DNA of 64,000 bases, taken from the IMG/VR virus record IMGVR_UViG_3300032116_000001, positions 310,001 to 374,000 of that record; one strand, 5' to 3'. The translations under genes were made by a program, and so were the position numbers. This document shows, one piece after another, positions 58,365 through 64,000 of this stretch (position 1 is the first letter of the stretch; each line of letters begins with the position of its first letter). The notes under the pieces were generated by a model. The model saw nothing but the letters and a program-made list of their open reading frames with translations. It was not told the origin of the DNA and searched no databases.

Positions 58365-58730
58365 TTATGATTTTCTCCGCAATAGATTTTTAGCCGTGCC
58401 GCTATTTTCTTTTCCTGGTCTTACCCAGGCAATATCTTCGTCAGAGGCCAATGTCATAGCTTCGTCCCGATCAGTATCCGATTCATATCCCCCTTTGGTT
58501 GGAAAACCAGGGTTGTATCTCGGGGAATCAAACATATGAAATATGGTGACTTTTAATCCTGATGCTGATCGAAGAGACCAAAGATAATCAATCGCCATGC
58601 GATCAGTTCCTGGGGCATCGCCGATCACAAAATGATCGCCATTTACCACAGAACTAAAAATTTTCCCAACATAATGTTTTTCAAATTCTTTCGGAGTAAT
58701 ATCCAAATGACCGCTAATGAATTTGATCAT
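58365..58730 (-). CDS. SLOG/DprA-like Rossmann-fold protein
   Basis: FISGH...FVIGDAPGTDRMA...RDEAMT..SDEDIAW...SGTAKN. Confidence 0.5.
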   Translation of the reverse strand: MIKFISGHLDITPKEFEKHYVGKIFSSVVNGDHFVIGDAPGTDRMAIDYLWSLRSASGLKVTIFHMFDSPRYNPGFPTKGGYESDTDRDEAMTLASDEDIAWVRPGKENSGTAKNLLRRKS

Positions 58731-59683
58731 AAAAACACCCCCTTTTCCAGCGCGGAAAGTTCCCATTCCACATTTGCCCTGGCCGTGCTTTCCATCGTAG
58801 GAGTTGCAGCACGACTAGTATAAATCTTTGGACGATCAAGCATGCCCTCAAGGAAGTTTATTCGTCCCTTTCTATAATCGGGGTCTGATATGTGGCCGTA
58901 CTCTTTTCTTATAGCGCGAGCATATCTCATATACTTATTTGTTGATGTTGAAAATACTTCCATATCCGCATCTAAAAGCATGGCAACAACTGGGCTTTCC
59001 GTTTTATGATGCTTTGTTGCCATGATGCCACGTTCATGATTTCTTCCAGGCCAGAGATCAAGAATACTTGGTAATTCGTTTTTATTTAACCCCGCGCCCA
59101 TTGAATTCACTTGGCGAAAATAATTAATATCATTCATATTTGATAACATGAATTCAGCTGAATTTTGCTCATTATTCATATCTCCGATTTGATAACAAAT
59201 ATCGTGATACAAGGCGTCAATCAAAAGCCAAGGATAGTTTATCCCCGAGTGCTTAAGTAAAAACAAAACAACTTCTCGCATGTGCTTTTCATTGTGCCAA
59301 AACCTATGAGGTTCTGAATAACAAGCGCTGATGTTTCTGGCAATTGCTTCAATGTTTTCTTTGCATACGTATCTATCAAAAACCATATTAAAAACATCGG
59401 ACGCATTTGGTAAAAGCCAATCAACTTTAGGGTCATTGACGCAAAATGCTTCAACCTGGCGATATATAGTGTGTCTGAGGCTGAAATTTGCGGGGGATAC
59501 TTCAGAATAATTCAACCATCTGGATTTAGAAGCTCCAAAACAACTGCACCGAACCTTGACCTTTTCTCTCGATTTTCGATTATCGACAATTTCTCCGATA
59601 TTTAGCGCATATCTATGCCTACTATCGGGATCAGTAAACACGAACGGGGTGTTTACCGATACTATTTTCTTTACATCCAGCAT
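58727..59683 (-). CDS. HD-superfamily phosphohydrolase (COG4339-like)
   Basis: YSEPHRFWHNEKH, LYHDICY, NEQNSA, ATKHH, LLDADM. Confidence 0.8.
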   Translation of the reverse strand: MLDVKKIVSVNTPFVFTDPDSRHRYALNIGEIVDNRKSREKVKVRCSCFGASKSRWLNYSEVSPANFSLRHTIYRQVEAFCVNDPKVDWLLPNASDVFNMVFDRYVCKENIEAIARNISACYSEPHRFWHNEKHMREVVLFLLKHSGINYPWLLIDALYHDICYQIGDMNNEQNSAEFMLSNMNDINYFRQVNSMGAGLNKNELPSILDLWPGRNHERGIMATKHHKTESPVVAMLLDADMEVFSTSTNKYMRYARAIRKEYGHISDPDYRKGRINFLEGMLDRPKIYTSRAATPTMESTARANVEWELSALEKGVFL

Positions 59684-59691
59684 ATTATTCC

Positions 59692-60552
59692 TTAATTGTT
59701 ATTTTTAAAATCATCAGGCAAAGATTCCATAAGCGGATACGGAAGATTTTCTACATCCACCCATTCCCATCGATCACACTTGTCTGGCTCTTTGTTTTCC
59801 AGAACTCCTCCCGCTAACTTACAAGCAACGTAAAGGGTGATATAATGCTTTTTAAGATCATGGTATATTGTTTTTGTGTATCCATATCTTCGAGAATTAT
59901 TATCGGGAATTACTACAAGCCCAGTTTCTTCTAATGTTTCTCTTATAGCCGTTTCTTCTGGTGTTTCTCCCCACTCCATATGTCCTCCAGGGAACGCCCA
60001 GCACCCATCGCCAAGCTTGGATTTTCTCAATCCCATAAGGACTTGTTTGCGACTATCGTCTTTGAAAATAATTGCACCTACTCCTACAAGCGGGCCTTCG
60101 GGGACAATAGTTTTTCCTCCGAAGGCCTCGGAGTCCATAAAGGCATTTAACAACAAGGAATACACTCGCGAATTGGGTCTTCGCCGCTCGTAAAATTCAC
60201 GATCATTGCCATTATAGAACTTGGAAATTGCGGCCCCGATCCCAGCCGACCTTGAAATGCCAGCCTCACAATGAACTACGATGGTTGTCAATTCAGGCCA
60301 TAACTTCACGAAATTTACAATTTGACTTGCGTCACTTTCCGTAAACAAAACCCCGCCCCTATCTGAAGAATAATCCAAGTCATGGAATTGAAGGCTCAAA
60401 ACATCAAGTCTATTTGGGCATGATCTCAAAGAAACACGCTTGCTACCAGGATCGGAAACTGAAATAACAATATAGGGATCATTCAACTGAAAATGACTCA
60501 TGTCATGTCTTGATAAGACGTGAATGTGACGGATGCTTCCGCGAAACAACAT
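59692..60552 (-). CDS. PTP-like (CX5R) phosphatase fused to Nudix hydrolase
   Basis: VHCEAGISRSAG; PGGHMEWGETPEETAIRETLEETG. Confidence 0.88.
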   Translation of the reverse strand: MLFRGSIRHIHVLSRHDMSHFQLNDPYIVISVSDPGSKRVSLRSCPNRLDVLSLQFHDLDYSSDRGGVLFTESDASQIVNFVKLWPELTTIVVHCEAGISRSAGIGAAISKFYNGNDREFYERRRPNSRVYSLLLNAFMDSEAFGGKTIVPEGPLVGVGAIIFKDDSRKQVLMGLRKSKLGDGCWAFPGGHMEWGETPEETAIRETLEETGLVVIPDNNSRRYGYTKTIYHDLKKHYITLYVACKLAGGVLENKEPDKCDRWEWVDVENLPYPLMESLPDDFKNNN

Positions 60553-60587
60553 ATCTGTTCTACGAAAGAAATCAACTATTGTTTCTT

Positions 60588-60836
60588 TTAATATTCCCAG
60601 TCCCAGGAAATTTTACTACTCAGCCCGCCAAGATGCAGAACTACAGATTTTAAACTAATGATATCGCCGACTTCTAAACACCACGATTTGGGCAAATTAA
60701 CTCTGATTCTACGCCCCTCATTAATATAGTATCTTCTAGGGCCGAAAAAATGTTCGACAGTGCATTCTTGATATTTTGCGGCTTCTAACACAACACTGTC
60801 CCACAAAACTCTGTTATGAATTTGTTTTACAACCAT
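60588..60836 (-). CDS. hypothetical protein
   Basis: 82-aa ORF. Confidence 0.5.
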   Translation of the reverse strand: MVVKQIHNRVLWDSVVLEAAKYQECTVEHFFGPRRYYINEGRRIRVNLPKSWCLEVGDIISLKSVVLHLGGLSSKISWDWEY

Positions 60837-60844
60837 ACGTATAA

Positions 60845-60895
60845 TACGTTAAAATAGGACGATAGTTAACAAAACTGTCGTCCTATTTTAACGTA
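60845..60895. terminator. long hairpin, probable terminator
   Basis: 21-bp stem TACGTTAAAATAGGACGATAG/CTGTCGTCCTATTTTAACGTA with one G-T. Confidence 0.6.
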
Positions 60896-60903
60896 AGCAA
60901 TGT

Positions 60904-61782
60904 TTATTCTTTCAGCGCATCAATTTCGGCCTGAACCTTGGCTTTCTTTAATGCAAGAAGCTCAAGTTCAAGGCGAATTAGTTCTTCGCGCTCAGACTGA
61001 ACACGTGGATCAACATCTGTTGATTCTGATACTTCTAAAATCGGCGCACTGCGCTTGTCGCCATGCACTATTCTAGCCGCTGTTCTTACAGAAGGCTTGT
61101 GCGAGGGCTTTTGCACCACCAATGTTAAGCTGATCGTCGTATATGCGCTTTCAATTTCCATGGGAATCTCAGAAAACTTTTGATCAGAATGTTCGCCTTC
61201 AACGGTGCAGCCAACTTCATACTTTTCAGAAGTAAATTGTTGCGACTTAGAAGTAGAAGCGCTATAGTAAGAAGCGCATTGAACGCCCCTAAGACTATTG
61301 CCAGGATCGTGGCCCCAAGTCATATAGGGCTTGATTCCAATCGGTTCACGATAGGGAGGATACCACGGCTCGTGAACAGGCTTGCGCAGATAATCTTGAA
61401 GTTTTTTAATTGCTTCATCGATATTGAGTGACCGTTGATAATGCCATCTCACTTCAATTTTGCCCATACTTTTGTCTGAGCTATTGTTTTTCCCAAATTC
61501 AATAGCCTCAGGTGAATCAGTGGAAACAAATTTAAATTTAACAGCCTTGTCAAGAGGTCTTTCAAGGTCAACATATTTGTTTTTATCTACAACAATTCCG
61601 TTCGGAGTAACAAGTTCTCCGTCAATGTAAACAAATGCGACAGCATTGCGCTCTTTGTTTTTGTTGCGAAGATGGATCGAATATTCTGACCCATCGGGGA
61701 TGATTACTGAGCCGTTAGAAAGCTCTCTTTGTGCGACATTGCCTACTTTAATGGCAACAACGAAGTTATTACAGTACACCAT
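60904..61782 (-). CDS. conserved hypothetical protein
   Basis: GSEYSIHLRNKN...AFVYIDGE...IEVRW. Confidence 0.7.
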   Translation of the reverse strand: MVYCNNFVVAIKVGNVAQRELSNGSVIIPDGSEYSIHLRNKNKERNAVAFVYIDGELVTPNGIVVDKNKYVDLERPLDKAVKFKFVSTDSPEAIEFGKNNSSDKSMGKIEVRWHYQRSLNIDEAIKKLQDYLRKPVHEPWYPPYREPIGIKPYMTWGHDPGNSLRGVQCASYYSASTSKSQQFTSEKYEVGCTVEGEHSDQKFSEIPMEIESAYTTISLTLVVQKPSHKPSVRTAARIVHGDKRSAPILEVSESTDVDPRVQSEREELIRLELELLALKKAKVQAEIDALKE

Positions 61783-62014
61783 TTTTCTCCTTTTTCGTCT
61801 TTACCCTCATTCAGACCGTTTGACGCTTCAATGGTTTTTAGCATCGAGGGAAGTGTATTTACGAAATTAAATTCCGCAATTGTATTTATACAACATAATT
61901 GTTATTAATCCTTCGCAAATACAATTTTAATACGGCAGTGGAATCATTATTGTTCCCGAGTGTTACAAAAAATCCACCCGTTTTTCGGGTGATGTCACCC
62001 GCTTTTCGGGTGGA

Positions 62015-62308
62015 TTAAAGTTCTTTTCGCCACTTAACCCAGGCATATTTTGGGCCACAGTCTTTTGCATTTCCGTTGGAACCAACGATCATTGTCCTTT
62101 CTTTTCTAAGGCTCGCAACTTTTCTTTTTAGTCTAGAAAGACTTAGAAAAGGCCCCGAATTGAGCACACGTTGTTCAACTGAAAATGCCTTCGCAAAAGA
62201 CCTTGATGTTTTCATCGACAAATAATATCGGGGCTCATTATTTTTGTAAGCCTGATAATACCGCTGTTTAGTCATCCTCTTCTTTTTGATTGTTTGATTC
62301 CCAAACAT
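62015..62308 (-). CDS. hypothetical basic protein
   Basis: 97-aa ORF. Confidence 0.45.
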   Translation of the reverse strand: MFGNQTIKKKRMTKQRYYQAYKNNEPRYYLSMKTSRSFAKAFSVEQRVLNSGPFLSLSRLKRKVASLRKERTMIVGSNGNAKDCGPKYAWVKWRKEL

Positions 62309-62469
62309 CTACAAAAACTTGGGCTCGACGAAAAGATTCCTTTGCCAAGGACTTAAGATCGTCATCAGAAAGCGAAGAAGGCTTGTTGCTCATCATCGAA
62401 ATATAAATCTCAGACGCAATGGCTGCGCAAGAATCTTGTTGCAAACTATTATTCATATGCTTTTCAAAA

Positions 62470-62545
62470 TGGTGCGGGGGAGGGATTCGAACCCATCGAG
62501 ACTCCAGGGTATGAACCTGGCATGATACCTCTTCACCACCCCGCA
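62470..62545 (-). tRNA. tRNA with CAT anticodon (Met or Ile2)
   Basis: CCAGG-ttCATac-CCTGG, TTCGAAT loop, 3' CCA; irregular T stem/acceptor register. Confidence 0.8.
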
Positions 62546-62586
62546 TTTGTTATACGCTTTGTGTTACACAAAAATTAGCATATGAT

Positions 62587-63945
62587 TTACTTTTTCCATT
62601 TTTTAAAATTAAAACTCATCCTTGCTTGATAAAATGGTTCAGTTTCATCTCTAAAAATAGCATCATATCCTGGTCTTTTTGTCGGAAAATCTAATTCCAT
62701 GTTTTTAGGCTCTTCTAGAGTTCTTCCGCCTTGTGGCCCTTGCGACCAATTAAAATCGGCATTTGAAATGTGCTGTAGCTCTTGATAATTTAATGGCTCT
62801 GCGGTTGGCGCATAAACCTGTGGTATCTCTTCGCCATCTTTTGTGGTTAATGTTGCGGGCGGTTTCCAGTTGTGATCAGCCACAACATAAGACATATTTT
62901 TAAGTTCTCTCGTGATAAAATTCATAATGACCGACTGAATAGAACTGTCTATTTCAAAGTCATACCCACCGTTAAGTGCTTTAAATTTCATTGCCTTAAG
63001 TTTCTTTAACTCATCTTGATGGTTTTCTTTACTGTTGTCCCCGTCTTCTGAATCAATTTGCTCTACAATTCTTAATTGCTCTTCGTAATACTTGATTTTT
63101 TTAATGATGTCAAGAAGAACTTCTCTTCGGCGTTGACGAGCTGATTCCATAAGGTGAGACATTACTTTCTGCTTAGCTCGCTCCACCCTTTTATTCGCGG
63201 CTTCGATGGGATTTTCAGCATAATTATATGGATATTGTCCGTCATTGAGTTTTTTGTATTCATTAATTGGATGAATACCGCCCATCGCGGCGTAAGATTC
63301 ATGCATCATAAACTGTTCTGTTATTTCCTCTAAAACAGCCTCTTTAACAATTTCAGTGTCGCGCAGTCGCTCAATTTGTTGCGTAAGAACACTTCGCCAT
63401 TTTGGCATTTCACCATAGACACGCGCCAAAATTTCAGTGTAAGATGTTAAATATTGCCTTGATCTGTTCTTACTTTGGTACTCAGGGTTTTCTCGAACAA
63501 ATTCTCCGCCTGTGGCAAGATAATTTAGCGCATGAGCTATCTCGTGCGAAACAATTGCGTCCATAACTTCATCACTAGATATGTTAAGTATTTTTAGTAT
63601 GGGCATGTCTTTGTACTGAGAATTAATTCGATCCTGGCGAACAAAAATGGCAGGTATGCGCTTGTTTACGTTTTCATCTTTATTAAAAGATGGAATAAAA
63701 ACACCAAGAAAATTCAAATCATTAAGATTATCGTACTTCAAGGATTTTGTTTCTTGAAGTTCATTTTCAAAATCAGAATTAGTGACCGTATACACTTGGA
63801 TAAAGTTAGCCCAACGCCGCACAATATCGGGGTCTAATCTTAGTGACTCTCCAATTTTCAGAGCCATGTCTAAATATTTCCCGTTCGCGGCCTCTGATAG
63901 GGGCTCATGCACAATCGACCCCTTATTGATGTGCCTCTGCATCAA
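62587..63945 (-). CDS. zincin-like (HExxH) metallopeptidase domain protein
   Basis: VSHEIAHAL followed by YLTSYTEILAR. Confidence 0.6.
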   Translation of the reverse strand: MMQRHINKGSIVHEPLSEAANGKYLDMALKIGESLRLDPDIVRRWANFIQVYTVTNSDFENELQETKSLKYDNLNDLNFLGVFIPSFNKDENVNKRIPAIFVRQDRINSQYKDMPILKILNISSDEVMDAIVSHEIAHALNYLATGGEFVRENPEYQSKNRSRQYLTSYTEILARVYGEMPKWRSVLTQQIERLRDTEIVKEAVLEEITEQFMMHESYAAMGGIHPINEYKKLNDGQYPYNYAENPIEAANKRVERAKQKVMSHLMESARQRRREVLLDIIKKIKYYEEQLRIVEQIDSEDGDNSKENHQDELKKLKAMKFKALNGGYDFEIDSSIQSVIMNFITRELKNMSYVVADHNWKPPATLTTKDGEEIPQVYAPTAEPLNYQELQHISNADFNWSQGPQGGRTLEEPKNMELDFPTKRPGYDAIFRDETEPFYQARMSFNFKKWKK

Positions 63946-64000
63946 TGATGCATTGGCTTCTTCTTTTGCTTTTTTCTCTCTCTCATTTAATGCTCGGCTG

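Noticed and set aside
1-64000. stop-codon reassignment
   Set aside because: Known families translate full length in code 11; both gene breaks are homopolymer frameshifts, and no suppressor tRNA was seen.

Overview
This AT-rich, densely coded 64 kb window most likely comes from a large (jumbo-type) bacteriophage genome; no capsid, terminase or polymerase gene is recognisable in it. (1) 2.5-9.5 kb is a tRNA array with 11 recognisable tRNAs (tRNA-His and a CAT tRNA lie elsewhere), several non-canonical tRNA-like RNAs, two HNH genes and a TnpB. It is preceded by what looks like a leader-peptide attenuator. (2) Auxiliary genes include speD, an acyl-CoA thioesterase, thioredoxin, an RlmN-like radical SAM enzyme, map, a COG0523 GTPase, a 3'-5' exonuclease, an amidase and HD/PTP/Nudix hydrolases. 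(3) A ~960-nt end-paired, GNRA-rich ncRNA (GOLLD-like) contains an embedded tRNA-like domain. (4) In two blocks (18-24 kb and 31.8-41.5 kb) unrelated effector-like domains (PcfJ, ART-like, pyrophosphatase-like) carry two shared short peptide tags (MWY[KR]xA and a helical [LY][DE]xxGxxxxA[DS]xL motif). These may be virion-targeting or processing signals. (5) A helicase-methyltransferase carries eight 66-aa variable repeats. Family names come from motif recognition only; no searches were run. RNA pairings were read by eye.
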